A model generated the notes under the pieces. That model was not told the DNA's origin. It worked only from the letters and a program-made list of their open reading frames with translations, and searched no databases. From IMG/VR virus record IMGVR_UViG_3300020441_000003, positions 25,546 to 89,545 of that record: a stretch of DNA of 64,000 bases. One strand, 5' to 3'. The position numbers were made by a program, and so were the translations under genes. Positions 55,652-64,000 of this stretch are shown here, one piece after another; the first letter of the stretch is position 1; the number at the start of each line of letters is the position of its first letter. This DNA is from a virus (lineage: Duplodnaviria > Caudoviricetes).

Positions 55652-56253
55652 TTTATAAACTCTCTTTCTCTAAACCACAAATTAAAAGCATACTTCTCTC
55701 CTTCTAATACAGGTAAACCTGCATGTTGAGATTTGATTTCTCTCTTTGTTGTATTAGGTTCAACATTCCACCACACAATGATACTGCCTCTTCTAGGTTG
55801 AATGTTTACACCTAGATGATTAAAACCAGTTTCACCTCCTTTCGGCACATCTCTCAAATATCCTAAAACAGTAATCAATCTTTGACCGCCATTCTTTGTA
55901 TACTCTTCTGTTGCGACATCATCAGATTCATCAAAACTATCCCAATGATAATCGTATTCTTCATTTTCTCCGTAATGCACAACTTGGAAAGGTTCTGCAT
56001 TCTGTAATGGCATTCTCACCATCTGTGATATTCGTTCTGCAACATCTTTTATTATAGGTGATGCATCATGCTGTAACCATGTATTTGAACCTGTCCTCTT
56101 ACTATGTTTTTGACCTTTACCATCTTTACTTGCAACGGTTGATCTTTCCATATTTTGCCAAGAATGTGCAAGTATTTCTTCGCACTCATCTTGTGTTATA
56201 AAATCATGCACTACTGCAATCATCTGTTTATCGTTATCGTAAATGTGTATCAT
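55648..56253 (-). CDS. Prolyl 4-hydroxylase-like 2OG oxygenase
   Basis: KRTGSNTWL...AEPFQVVHY...YHWD...GGQRLITVLGYL.DV..GGETGF...HAGLPV.EGEKY. Confidence 0.9.
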   Translation of the reverse strand: MIHIYDNDKQMIAVVHDFITQDECEEILAHSWQNMERSTVASKDGKGQKHSKRTGSNTWLQHDASPIIKDVAERISQMVRMPLQNAEPFQVVHYGENEEYDYHWDSFDESDDVATEEYTKNGGQRLITVLGYLRDVPKGGETGFNHLGVNIQPRRGSIIVWWNVEPNTTKREIKSQHAGLPVLEGEKYAFNLWFREREFIK

Positions 56254-56930
56254 ATACCGTAAAGGTTTCTATATTGTTTTCTAAGTCCGTATAACTCATC
56301 TACATGTTTTGTTGGGTCTGAAACAAATAATTGAAATGTGTTTAGACCCTCAACTGCCACAATGGCACATATCTCTTTGATTGGTTCGCCTGTAAGTTCT
56401 TCGACCATAATTGCATAGGCAGTCATTTGTAAATACCAAGGTTTAGCCATATATTCTTGTTTAGGTTTTGAACTTGATTTGAAATCTATAATTGCAAGTT
56501 GGTCATGTGCAACACCAATACAGTCGACACGACCTGCCATTTGTAATTCATGAGAATACAAAGGTGCTTCAAGGGCAATAGGTATAATCTCATCTAACAT
56601 GGGTTGAACTGATTTAAACATTTGTTCTTGTAATATGTTATCAAACTCAATAAAGTCTTTTTCTTTTCTAAGATAATCTTCTACATGTTGATGAAACGAG
56701 GTGCCTCGTTTTGTTGCTCTCTTAGTTATTTTATTGGCTTCTTTTTCGCCAACTCTTTCTCGCCATAGTTTGATTTGTTTTTTTGAATGTAGACCAACAA
56801 CTGTAGTGACACTAGGATATTTCATATCATCTTCGCCAAGATAATATCTTTTACCCTCGTGATTGATTGTTTTAAGTTTTATATTTTCTAAATCTGTAAG
56901 TTCTAAAAGATTCATATTCACTTTAGTCAT
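56250..56930 (-). CDS. PD-(D/E)xK (Cas4-like) exonuclease
   Basis: YPSVTT...RGT.FH...E.PLYS...AGRVDCI....IIDFK.S...LQ..AYA. Confidence 0.85.
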   Translation of the reverse strand: MTKVNMNLLELTDLENIKLKTINHEGKRYYLGEDDMKYPSVTTVVGLHSKKQIKLWRERVGEKEANKITKRATKRGTSFHQHVEDYLRKEKDFIEFDNILQEQMFKSVQPMLDEIIPIALEAPLYSHELQMAGRVDCIGVAHDQLAIIDFKSSSKPKQEYMAKPWYLQMTAYAIMVEELTGEPIKEICAIVAVEGLNTFQLFVSDPTKHVDELYGLRKQYRNLYGI

Positions 56931-56935
56931 AATGT

Positions 56936-56964
56936 ATTATACTATTTTTTGCTTTGTAATGCAA
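56936..56964 (-). promoter_or_regulatory. Sigma70-like promoter TTGCAT-N17-TATAAT
   Basis: Directly upstream of the exonuclease ATG. Confidence 0.65.
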
Positions 56965-57235
56965 TGTGTTTATTAACAACTTCTCTTGTTTTAATTTCCT
57001 TTGCGGACTTTTTATGCAAGTGAGAACCTGGATGTCCTTCACCTATTTTTGATAACACTTCTTTAAAACCTGCATCTGTCTTAACTCTGTCACCATGACC
57101 ACCTACAATATTAGGTGCTGTTATTTGTTGCATTAAATGGGGATTATTTTCCTTAAACTCGTCTAAGTCTTTATAAGACATAAAGTGTTCTTCAAGATCA
57201 CCTGTCTCTGTATTTAAGAAATCATAATTGGGCAT
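56942..57235 (-). CDS. FmdB-like small protein (Cys ligands absent)
   Basis: MPNYDF.N..TG...E..M.......F...NPH..Q pattern. Confidence 0.6.
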   Translation of the reverse strand: MPNYDFLNTETGDLEEHFMSYKDLDEFKENNPHLMQQITAPNIVGGHGDRVKTDAGFKEVLSKIGEGHPGSHLHKKSAKEIKTREVVNKHIALQSKK

Positions 57236-57425
57236 CTAATTCACTAACCTTTTTTTGTGCTATCTCTAATACTGTTTTCTTATTATACCAAACACCTGAA
57301 AAGATTTGTTCATTTCTAAAACCGAAATCTGGATCGATTGTCTCTATAATATATCTTGGTATGCCTACGAGTGATCTATCTTTAAACACTCTAACATCTC
57401 CGTAATTTTCTACTAATATTCTCAT
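57222..57425 (-). CDS. Hypothetical protein
   Basis: ORF tightly packed between its neighbours. Confidence 0.55.
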   Translation of the reverse strand: MRILVENYGDVRVFKDRSLVGIPRYIIETIDPDFGFRNEQIFSGVWYNKKTVLEIAQKKVSELDAQL

Positions 57426-57961
57426 ATGAAATTTATATTTATGTTGACTCTAAGATTGGTATCCGATTGACCGACAGAACGATGTTGTTCTTCACCTGCA
57501 AATAGAATCATTTTATTTGCCTCCGATTTAGTTAAAAAATGATGTTCGTTTGTAAACTCTGTATAACCATTACAATCATTAATAGATAATATGCCTGTTG
57601 TATGTGGAAAATCAAAGTCACTATGAAATTCAGAAGGCGGATATTGTTTACTATTTCGTAATGTTTGACGAGGATAACAATTTACTTTTACTCTCAATAA
57701 TCTTTTCATTGGTAAACGAGATACAATTGGTAATGCAATCTCATTAAATAGATTGATATCAGGTATTTGTTCTTCATTCATCAGACAATTACCAAAAGCA
57801 AAACCCTCTGTATCATCATCTGTAGTTAATCCTTTTCTATAAAAATATGGCATCTGCATACTGTTATGTGACATTAATAATGATTGTATATTATTAAATA
57901 TATCATCTGGTAAAAAATTATCTATGTGTTGATAACCTTTTACATTATAAACTGAACTCAT
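57422..57961 (-). CDS. 2OG-Fe(II) oxygenase-like protein (start corrected to 57961)
   Basis: FHSD...TGILSINDCNGYT.F...N..ILF....HRS...R.NININF; ATGA overlap with the upstream gene. Confidence 0.75.
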   Translation of the reverse strand: MSSVYNVKGYQHIDNFLPDDIFNNIQSLLMSHNSMQMPYFYRKGLTTDDDTEGFAFGNCLMNEEQIPDINLFNEIALPIVSRLPMKRLLRVKVNCYPRQTLRNSKQYPPSEFHSDFDFPHTTGILSINDCNGYTEFTNEHHFLTKSEANKMILFAGEEQHRSVGQSDTNLRVNININFI

Positions 57962-58521
57962 GCTACTCCTTGATAACCTTGCCACCATTCTGGCGCTGGT
58001 CTTTTCCACTCCCACTTTGCAAATGGTTTTGCTGTGTGATAGTAATTTCTATAAGCTTTGACTGCATCGCCTTTTACAATACAATCTGGATAGTGTGACA
58101 TTGCTTGTGCAAACTCTGTAAGATCACCGTCAGGAATATTTTTTGGTGGTTTTGCCAACATGATACCTAACTTTCTAAAAGTTTCATGTAATCTATTTCT
58201 ACGATATTGATATTCTAGATTCATTTCATGGAAATGTTCATAGTGCCAAAGATAGTTTTCTTTTGACTGCATAGTCCATGTTGTGCATGGATGATATTTG
58301 TGAACTGCAAGATAATACATATCATCTCGTTCATCGCCAAAAGTATAATAAGTTTGAATTGTTTTGCCAGACCTTGAAGGTTTTTTTATTGGCGTGCCAT
58401 CTAACATTCGATGTGCAGTAGATAACATTTGTGCAGACTCGACAATCATTTTAGGGACATGTTTGTCACATAACATTCTAGCCGCTTCTCTTGGGTCGTT
58501 ATCTAATACAAAGATGTTCAT
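57958..58521 (-). CDS. Pyrimidine-dimer DNA glycosylase family (DenV-like)
   Basis: MNIFVLD.DP..AA...CDKHV.KM.VESAQMLSTAH...HP...W...AYR.YY. Confidence 0.8.
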   Translation of the reverse strand: MNIFVLDNDPREAARMLCDKHVPKMIVESAQMLSTAHRMLDGTPIKKPSRSGKTIQTYYTFGDERDDMYYLAVHKYHPCTTWTMQSKENYLWHYEHFHEMNLEYQYRRNRLHETFRKLGIMLAKPPKNIPDGDLTEFAQAMSHYPDCIVKGDAVKAYRNYYHTAKPFAKWEWKRPAPEWWQGYQGVA

Positions 58522-58704
58522 ATGAAATTTTTAAGTATAAACATTAAAGGTATAAAAAAATATAAACCTATTAATAACTTTTCTACTCTGTCGAATTGTT
58601 CGTCTGTTGGCATTATCCGTTTCTCCTATCTTGTGCTTGTTGTTTCTTTTTTTCTTCCAGTTTTTTATCTACTGGTCTTTGTTGTGATTGTTTTTGTGCC
58701 ATAA

Positions 58705-59232
58705 TTATTTGTAAAATATGTGGTCAGTTATTTGAACTGTCTCGTTTAATGTTTCTGCCCAATATGGTTCGACCATAATGGAATGATAGTGTGTTGCACC
58801 CTCAGTAATATCAGGATACTTACCCATAAGAACATCTGATGCAATTACATAAGACTCGAAGAATGTATCAGTGTCTAATGGTTCGTCTGATTTGCCGTCA
58901 CAGAACCAACTGAATTGACATTGATGTCTAACTGGCACCATATTGCCTTTCCAATTCTCACGCCATCTGGCTTGATATACAACATCACAGACATTATCAC
59001 CGTATGCACTATGCTCGATTCTATTTAGAACAACTTGTGCAACTGCAACTTTACCTGCGAGTGGTTGATTACCTGCCTCGAAGTAAATGTTTTTTGCCAT
59101 GCAAACTGCCTCGCCATTCTCATCTGATGCATACATCTTTGATGATAGACCTGCGACTAGACCCAATAATGCGCCTAATATAAAATAAAAGTATCTAATT
59201 CTCACGACTTGTTTTTTAGTCCTATAATACAC
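58705..59232 (-). CDS. SleB-like cell wall hydrolase with N-terminal TM/signal segment
   Basis: CMAKNIYFEA.NQP.AG..AVAQVVLNR...CQFSW.CDG...GATHYH..; true start probably slightly downstream of 59232. Confidence 0.88.
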   Translation of the reverse strand: MYYRTKKQVVRIRYFYFILGALLGLVAGLSSKMYASDENGEAVCMAKNIYFEAGNQPLAGKVAVAQVVLNRIEHSAYGDNVCDVVYQARWRENWKGNMVPVRHQCQFSWFCDGKSDEPLDTDTFFESYVIASDVLMGKYPDITEGATHYHSIMVEPYWAETLNETVQITDHIFYK

Positions 59233-59252
59233 TATGACCTCCTCTTAGTCAA
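59224..59252 (-). promoter_or_regulatory. Sigma70-like promoter TTGACT-N17-TATTAT
   Basis: Upstream of the SleB-like gene. Confidence 0.6.
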
Positions 59253-59263
59253 GTTAGTTTTCT

Positions 59264-59458
59264 CTATCTAGGATAGATCGTAAATGAAGTAGCAAATTCT
59301 CTAATGCAATGAGATGCTGGTCTATTGTAAATACCAGGTATAGATTTACCTCTGTATCTAACTCTTGAAGGATTATTCTTCAAGAATCTTAATACAATAG
59401 GATTCTCTCTCTCACTCATAGGTAAATTCGCATGTTTTATATCATATAAATTTATCAT
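59264..59458 (-). CDS. Hypothetical protein (start corrected to 59458)
   Basis: Basic RVRYRG...PR pattern; the longer track ORF overlaps another gene. Confidence 0.5.
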   Translation of the reverse strand: MINLYDIKHANLPMSERENPIVLRFLKNNPSRVRYRGKSIPGIYNRPASHCIREFATSFTIYPR

Positions 59459-59459
59459 A

Positions 59460-59627
59460 TTAATACCCACTTGTATAATGTGCATATTCATCGGGACAAT
59501 CTTTTTCCCCACATACACATTCGTCTCCTGTTTCATCGTCTAAACTATCGAGAGCGGCATCTACATGTGCTTGTTCACTCTCTGATAGATTATTATAATT
59601 TTTTATTGCTTCTTTTAACCAATCCAT
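59460..59627 (-). CDS. 55-aa acidic protein with CxCxxxxC..H motif (below the ORF-track cutoff)
   Basis: MDWLKEAIK...ECVCGEKDCPDEYAHYTSGY*; GAGG SD upstream. Confidence 0.6.
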   Translation of the reverse strand: MDWLKEAIKNYNNLSESEQAHVDAALDSLDDETGDECVCGEKDCPDEYAHYTSGY

Positions 59628-59630
59628 AAT

Positions 59631-60050
59631 TTACCTCAAATAATCTGGACCATAAATTCTTGAAGAATTAGGGTCAACATAACCTTTTATACTAATATCA
59701 AACAGGTTACCTCTCGGCGCATTTAAAGCAGGTGTAGCCCAACCAGCGGCTTTTAGAATATCACCCTCTTTGAAAGTAATACCTGTCCTACCTTTTTGCC
59801 ATTCTTTTTTGTTAATAAAACCCCAAACAGAAGTGTTGAGGCCGTCATTATCATTACTGATAATCTTGATATATTTTGGACCAACTTTATAACTAAAGTA
59901 AGTCTTACCTATTGTGTGTTTCCACCTAGTATGCATTGCATCTGTTAAAGTCTCACACAACTCATTGACTAGATACATAAGGTCTTGTTCTTGATTGACC
60001 TCGTTTACTAAATCTGATAGTTTCATATTTTCTCCTTTATTACTCATCAT
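59631..60050 (-). CDS. Conserved hypothetical early protein
   Basis: KYIKI...SVWGFI.K...GDILKAAGW..PA.N..RGN. Confidence 0.6.
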   Translation of the reverse strand: MMSNKGENMKLSDLVNEVNQEQDLMYLVNELCETLTDAMHTRWKHTIGKTYFSYKVGPKYIKIISNDNDGLNTSVWGFINKKEWQKGRTGITFKEGDILKAAGWATPALNAPRGNLFDISIKGYVDPNSSRIYGPDYLR

Positions 60051-60054
60051 GGAT

Positions 60055-60084
60055 ATAATAACAAAAAAGTGATGTCATTGTCAA
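60055..60084 (-). promoter_or_regulatory. Early promoter TTGACA-N18-TATTAT
   Basis: Perfect -35 box; spacer ATGACATCACTTTTTTGT. Confidence 0.7.
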
Positions 60085-60332
60085 GCCTTAATATAGTCAA
60101 GATAACCTAACACTGCCTTTCGTTCATCTTGTGTAAGATCACCTACAGTTTTGACTCTTGCCCATGTGGTGCCTACAGTCGTAAGTTTATTACCTGCCAC
60201 AACGGCACAGTTCCATAGATAGTCGTCTTTAGGGAATAGTTTATTTTCTTCGCACAACCTTATCATGTTGCGCCCAATTTCTACGAGTTTTTTCACCTCT
60301 GGCGAATCATCGTAATATGAAAAGTTTGACAT
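60081..60332 (-). CDS. Hypothetical early protein
   Basis: GGAG SD and its own promoter. Confidence 0.6.
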   Translation of the reverse strand: MSNFSYYDDSPEVKKLVEIGRNMIRLCEENKLFPKDDYLWNCAVVAGNKLTTVGTTWARVKTVGDLTQDERKAVLGYLDYIKA

Positions 60333-60361
60333 TTCATTTCTCCATAGTTAATATAGATAGT

Positions 60362-60391
60362 ATTCTATCAAAAAATGAGAGTCATAGTAAA
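60362..60391 (-). promoter_or_regulatory. Early promoter TTTACT-N18-TAGAAT
   Basis: Spacer ATGACTCTCATTTTTTGA resembles that of the 60055 promoter. Confidence 0.62.
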
Positions 60392-60397
60392 GGGGTT

Positions 60398-60658
60398 TTA
60401 TACGATATTTTTTTGAATGTCGTCTAATTCTTTTAGTTTCTTTGTGAGTATATCTAATCTGTTTGGCCAGTAGATATAATCTTTATCAGAATCTTTTGCA
60501 AGATTCTCTAAAAGAGGACGAACAAAGTTATCGAGTTTCTCAATAACTGCTTTTGCTGTTGTAGTTGTTTCAACTATTTTAGTATCAACAGATGCCAACT
60601 CATCGGCATCCATAGCGGTAAAACCAAAATCATTGTATTCTATTTGATTATCTGACAT
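60398..60658 (-). CDS. Conserved hypothetical protein (start corrected to MSDNQ)
   Basis: DFGFTA...PLL.NL.K..DKDYIYWPNR; TATAAATA at 60664-60671 immediately upstream. Confidence 0.7.
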   Translation of the reverse strand: MSDNQIEYNDFGFTAMDADELASVDTKIVETTTTAKAVIEKLDNFVRPLLENLAKDSDKDYIYWPNRLDILTKKLKELDDIQKNIV

Positions 60659-60662
60659 AGTA

Positions 60663-61100
60663 TTATTTATAGTATTCGGACCATGAATGTTGTTTTTCAC
60701 ATAAGATATGTCGTTCTACTTCTTCTGTTTGTTGTATCAGTGTCATTACATATTCTCCTTCATCAAACACGCCTAATGGCACCTGAAAATATTGTGGGTC
60801 TTCATCGACTCTTGCTGGTGATCTTAAACTTCTAGTTGTATTATACCAGTGCAAATCGACATCACACACCTTTTCATAAGGTAATGTTAATAGTGATAAT
60901 GCAAGTTTACTTCCTTTTTTATAAATCTGTAATGGTATCTCTGCGTATCTTGTTCCTAGTATTGTTGCAAGTTCTTTACATATACGAACTTTACTAGACC
61001 CACCATCATTTGTAACCAGACTTTTAGAAGTAACCTCCATCTTTTTGATTATCGGTATCGCCATCTTCATCATCAGTTGTTGCAGAAATAAACTCACCAC
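60663..61100 (-). CDS. Hypothetical protein (start probably MEVTSK, near 61040)
   Basis: ORF fills the gap between two genes on the same strand. Confidence 0.5.
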   Translation of the reverse strand: MVSLFLQQLMMKMAIPIIKKMEVTSKSLVTNDGGSSKVRICKELATILGTRYAEIPLQIYKKGSKLALSLLTLPYEKVCDVDLHWYNTTRSLRSPARVDEDPQYFQVPLGVFDEGEYVMTLIQQTEEVERHILCEKQHSWSEYYK

Positions 61101-62112
61101 TCTCTTGTAGATTGGCGATATATTCTTCTGTTTGTTTTACAAAAGAACTAATCATTACTGCCTTTGTATCTGCCATTTTAATATTAAAACCAACTTGTTC
61201 TGCAACATCGTTGATTTGAGATTTAGTCATAGACTTTAATTCGTTCTCAGAAGGAATAATAACTTCTTCATATTCTTCTTCATCTTCGACAACATCAACT
61301 TCATCTGCAACTATATCTTCTGCCTGTTCTTCATTTACTTGTGCCTTTGATATTACAGGTGCTGAACTTTCTTGTTCGACTTTTTCTACTTCTTTTAAAA
61401 ACTCGTCTGTTCCTTTTGCATCTTCTGGCACTTCAAGTTCTAATTCTTGTTGAGATTCATCCCATTCTTTAAAAGATTTTTTAGTTGCTTCTACTTTAGT
61501 ATTGAATGCATCTAGTTCTTCATGTGCCCTTTGCATTGCTTCATCATCTATAACTGGTGTTTTAGGTTCAGGATTTAATGCCCTTGCAATTTCAAATGCA
61601 CGAGTAGGTTTCTTTTCTTCAACCTCTTCTTCTATACCATATTTAATTTCTGGATTTGCAACATCTACATTAGGTGTTTCAGCAACATTACCTTGAACAC
61701 CACCAAGTGCCTCTAGTTTTGCTTCTGCGATTGCAAGTTTATCTTGTAAAGTTTTTCTGAGTGATCTCTCATCAACAAGTTTAGTTTCTTGAATTTGTTT
61801 TCTCTCTTCTTCTTTAGCAACTTGAGCAATCTGTTCCTCTTCTGCAAGTTGTTGTAATCTTTTCTGACCATTTTCTAACATAGACCTATAATCTATGTTT
61901 GCTTTGTTAAGGTCATCTCTCATCATAATCAATGCATCTAAGTCTGTAGATTTAACTAGACCTGCTTTGAGTTGTTGTTCTAAAAGTAATTGTGCGACTT
62001 GCACCGATTGAGGTGAGACTTGTGCTTTGTAATTAGAGATACGCTCTCTTATATTTTCGCTTTCAGTTGGTTGAACTGTTGTCTCAGCAAATGTTTTATT
62101 CTCTTCATTCAT
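61024..62112 (-). CDS. Acidic coiled-coil protein with C-terminal Rho-N/HeH-like motif
   Basis: Coiled-coil N-half; ELKSMTKSQINDVAEQVGF..K..DTKA.MI near the C-terminus. Confidence 0.55.
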   Translation of the reverse strand: MNEENKTFAETTVQPTESENIRERISNYKAQVSPQSVQVAQLLLEQQLKAGLVKSTDLDALIMMRDDLNKANIDYRSMLENGQKRLQQLAEEEQIAQVAKEEERKQIQETKLVDERSLRKTLQDKLAIAEAKLEALGGVQGNVAETPNVDVANPEIKYGIEEEVEEKKPTRAFEIARALNPEPKTPVIDDEAMQRAHEELDAFNTKVEATKKSFKEWDESQQELELEVPEDAKGTDEFLKEVEKVEQESSAPVISKAQVNEEQAEDIVADEVDVVEDEEEYEEVIIPSENELKSMTKSQINDVAEQVGFNIKMADTKAVMISSFVKQTEEYIANLQESGEFISATTDDEDGDTDNQKDGGYF

Positions 62113-62213
62113 AATTAAAAATCTCCATGGAGTCCTACACGACTATTTAGTTCTTTACACATTGTTAAAATGAATGTTCATCTTTTATGTATAGTCTCGG
62201 AGGACAATAATAT

Positions 62214-62732
62214 TTATCCAATGTTTGCGTTTGGGAATGCCTTACTGGCAATATCCTTTGTGATGTTTTTGAAAGGCCAAACTTTATCTTTTACTAAGTC
62301 CATCATCTCAGCTTCTTTTGCTGGAATGCTTTCTAACATTTCAATCCACATTGTTTCTCTTCGAGTCTTTGGCACTTCTTCTGTGCAAAAGTATTTAAAC
62401 TTTTTAAACTCAAATCTTAATGCACTCTCAGATAAGTCTGATGCAGGTGCATCGTTCTTTCTGAAAGGTGTTTTACCCTCAGGTAATGTTGATTTGATTC
62501 TATCGTTAAACACCCACTGTAATATATCTTGTAAGGCACCGTTAGTCTGACCGTAGACCATAAGACCATTGATTGCAAAGTCTTCGTTCTCTTGTGCAAC
62601 TAAATCTGCCTGACAGAATATTTCAAAGGCATCTGAATTTTTATATAACTCTTTCTTTTCAGTAATGAGTTCCATTTTAGGTTTATTTGGCGCACCTTTA
62701 GGTCTGCCTCTTCCTTTTTTCTTTGTAGTCAT
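62214..62732 (-). CDS. Conserved T4-like hypothetical protein
   Basis: L...F...I...LPEG..P...L..E.KKF.YF...RRE..WI..LE...AKEA; N-terminal AT-hook-like KGRGRPK. Confidence 0.6.
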   Translation of the reverse strand: MTTKKKGRGRPKGAPNKPKMELITEKKELYKNSDAFEIFCQADLVAQENEDFAINGLMVYGQTNGALQDILQWVFNDRIKSTLPEGKTPFRKNDAPASDLSESALRFEFKKFKYFCTEEVPKTRRETMWIEMLESIPAKEAEMMDLVKDKVWPFKNITKDIASKAFPNANIG

Positions 62733-63565
62733 AATATTGCAAAATCTCCTGCTTGATCTAATAACTGATTGAGACGGTGTTTTTGAAGGTATGTTAAAAC
62801 ATTACCTAATACTGGCGCTGTTTCTGCATACTCTTCTAATATCGCAGACTCTATATCGTCTGGTATAAAACTCAAATCAATCAGCGTTTGATTTCTTAAA
62901 TAATTTCTATAGTATTTATCGTCCTTTTCTATACTAATCCTGAGATATTTATCAAGCACAGGTTTTCTTAAAGGTGTTTGTCTAATGCCTGCATCTAAAC
63001 AATCATCGTTAGATAATATATTAGGCACGCCATCTGACTTGTCACCTTTGAGAATATGCTCTTTTAAAAACATTTCAGGTTCAGGACAATCTATCATTTT
63101 GTTTAAATTAGGTGACCACTGTTCAACACTATCATTATGTAATTGTTGAAAGTCTTTGTCACCACTTATAATCAAAACTTTTTCTTTTGCATGTTTTACA
63201 AGTATTGCAATAATGTCATCTGCCTCACATTTCTCAACATACATATATCGATAAGGAAAGTTCTCTTTGATTTCCATTTTCACTTTATGTAAAGTGTCGA
63301 AGATCAACTGCCAATCTTTATCATCTGCCTCTCTTGATTTCTTTCTGTTTGCTTTATACAAGGGAAAGTAATCTCTACGCCAAGGATTAGATGCATCAGT
63401 GCATAACACTATCTCGCCATACTCTCGTGCATATCTCTTTTGGTAATTTCTGAGACTGTTGAGAATCATATGTCTCAACATGTTTTCATTGATTTCGCCA
63501 TTGTTGCTTTTTATTTGTGCCATCAGACCGGCGATAATAGTCTGGGTAAAGTCAATTAATATCAT
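62729..63565 (-). CDS. rnh: T4-type RNase H / 5'-3' exonuclease
   Basis: ILIDF...WRRDYFPLYKANRK...EADD.I...ISGDKDF.QL...GDKSDGVPN. Confidence 0.93.
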   Translation of the reverse strand: MILIDFTQTIIAGLMAQIKSNNGEINENMLRHMILNSLRNYQKRYAREYGEIVLCTDASNPWRRDYFPLYKANRKKSREADDKDWQLIFDTLHKVKMEIKENFPYRYMYVEKCEADDIIAILVKHAKEKVLIISGDKDFQQLHNDSVEQWSPNLNKMIDCPEPEMFLKEHILKGDKSDGVPNILSNDDCLDAGIRQTPLRKPVLDKYLRISIEKDDKYYRNYLRNQTLIDLSFIPDDIESAILEEYAETAPVLGNVLTYLQKHRLNQLLDQAGDFAIL

Positions 63566-63571
63566 GTTATA

Positions 63572-63601
63572 AGTATACTATTAATGTATGTCAATCGTCA
63601 A
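63572..63601 (-). promoter_or_regulatory. Sigma70-like promoter TTGACG-N18-TATACT
   Basis: Just upstream of the rnh ATG. Confidence 0.62.
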
Positions 63602-63752
63602 GTGATTTTTTCTTTTAATATTTTTTCACAATGAGGACACTTCAAAGGTATGTCTAGAAGTTTACTAATTGCTACATGTTTATCAAAGTCTTCTTTTTCT
63701 TTTTCTGGTGGTGCAAACATCTCAGACGGTAATGGAAATCCTATGTGTTCTG

Positions 63753-63950
63753 TCATTTTCTTTTTTTATAACCTGTAGAAGATTCTATTTGTGCAATTCT
63801 TTCATTGTGTGCCTTTCTCATTTTCTTTTGAAATCTTCTTCGTTCTGAGTCTGCTTTCCATGTTGATTCATTCTTTGCAATATATTTGTCACAACCCTCT
63901 TGTAGTCCCATAACGAATTTAACGAATCTTTTTTTCTGAGGTATAGTCAA
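63753..63950 (-). CDS. Small basic hypothetical protein
   Basis: ORF on the coding strand; no recognisable motif. Confidence 0.45.
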   Translation of the reverse strand: MTIPQKKRFVKFVMGLQEGCDKYIAKNESTWKADSERRRFQKKMRKAHNERIAQIESSTGYKKRK

Positions 63951-64000
63951 GAAAGAGTATGCTTCTATAAAGTCTTCCTCGTCACTGGTAATCTCTTCCA

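Noticed and set aside
56250-56930. CRISPR-associated cas4
   Set aside because: A stand-alone PD-(D/E)xK nuclease is common in T4-like phages; no Fe-S cysteine cluster or cas neighbours.
58522-58778. Plus-strand ORFs 58522-58704 and 58596-58778
   Set aside because: They oppose the local transcription direction; the gap more plausibly holds very short minus-strand ORFs that I cannot support individually.

Overview
64-kb segment of an AT-rich T4-like myovirus genome; the bS21 and ACP sequences suggest a marine or aquatic proteobacterial host (inference). Almost all real genes are on the minus strand. In transcription order (high to low coordinates): an early/middle block (RNase H, hypotheticals, SleB-like hydrolase, DenV-like glycosylase, Cas4-like nuclease, three 2OG-Fe(II) oxygenases, gp33, gp59, gp32, ribosomal protein bS21); then gp2, gp54, gp26/gp51 and a tape-measure-like gene; a short plus-strand unit (gp4, HAD hydrolase, KdsB-like cytidylyltransferase, ParB-like protein); the baseplate genes (gp48, 53, 27-like, 5, 25, 6, 7, 8, DUF4815/VrlC-like); a large modular tail-fibre region; a late cassette of modifying enzymes; and gp13, gp14, ACP, gp15, gp16, gp17. 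Most striking: two pairs of adjacent genes (8847-11891 and 18113-20467) encode proteins built from two octapeptide types (QHRSPxTY and xxQEPNIR) whose order in one protein is the mirror-image complement of the other. This suggests a two-letter 'zipper code' for antiparallel heterodimeric fibres, one ending in a Hint autoprocessing domain, next to hydroxylases and a glycosyltransferase. Also notable: an apparent -1 frameshift joining gp26 to a start-less gp51, an ACP translationally coupled inside the neck operon, a four-hairpin RNA candidate upstream of bS21, and a dispersed CMP-sugar pathway. All assignments come from motif recognition by eye; no database searches were run.
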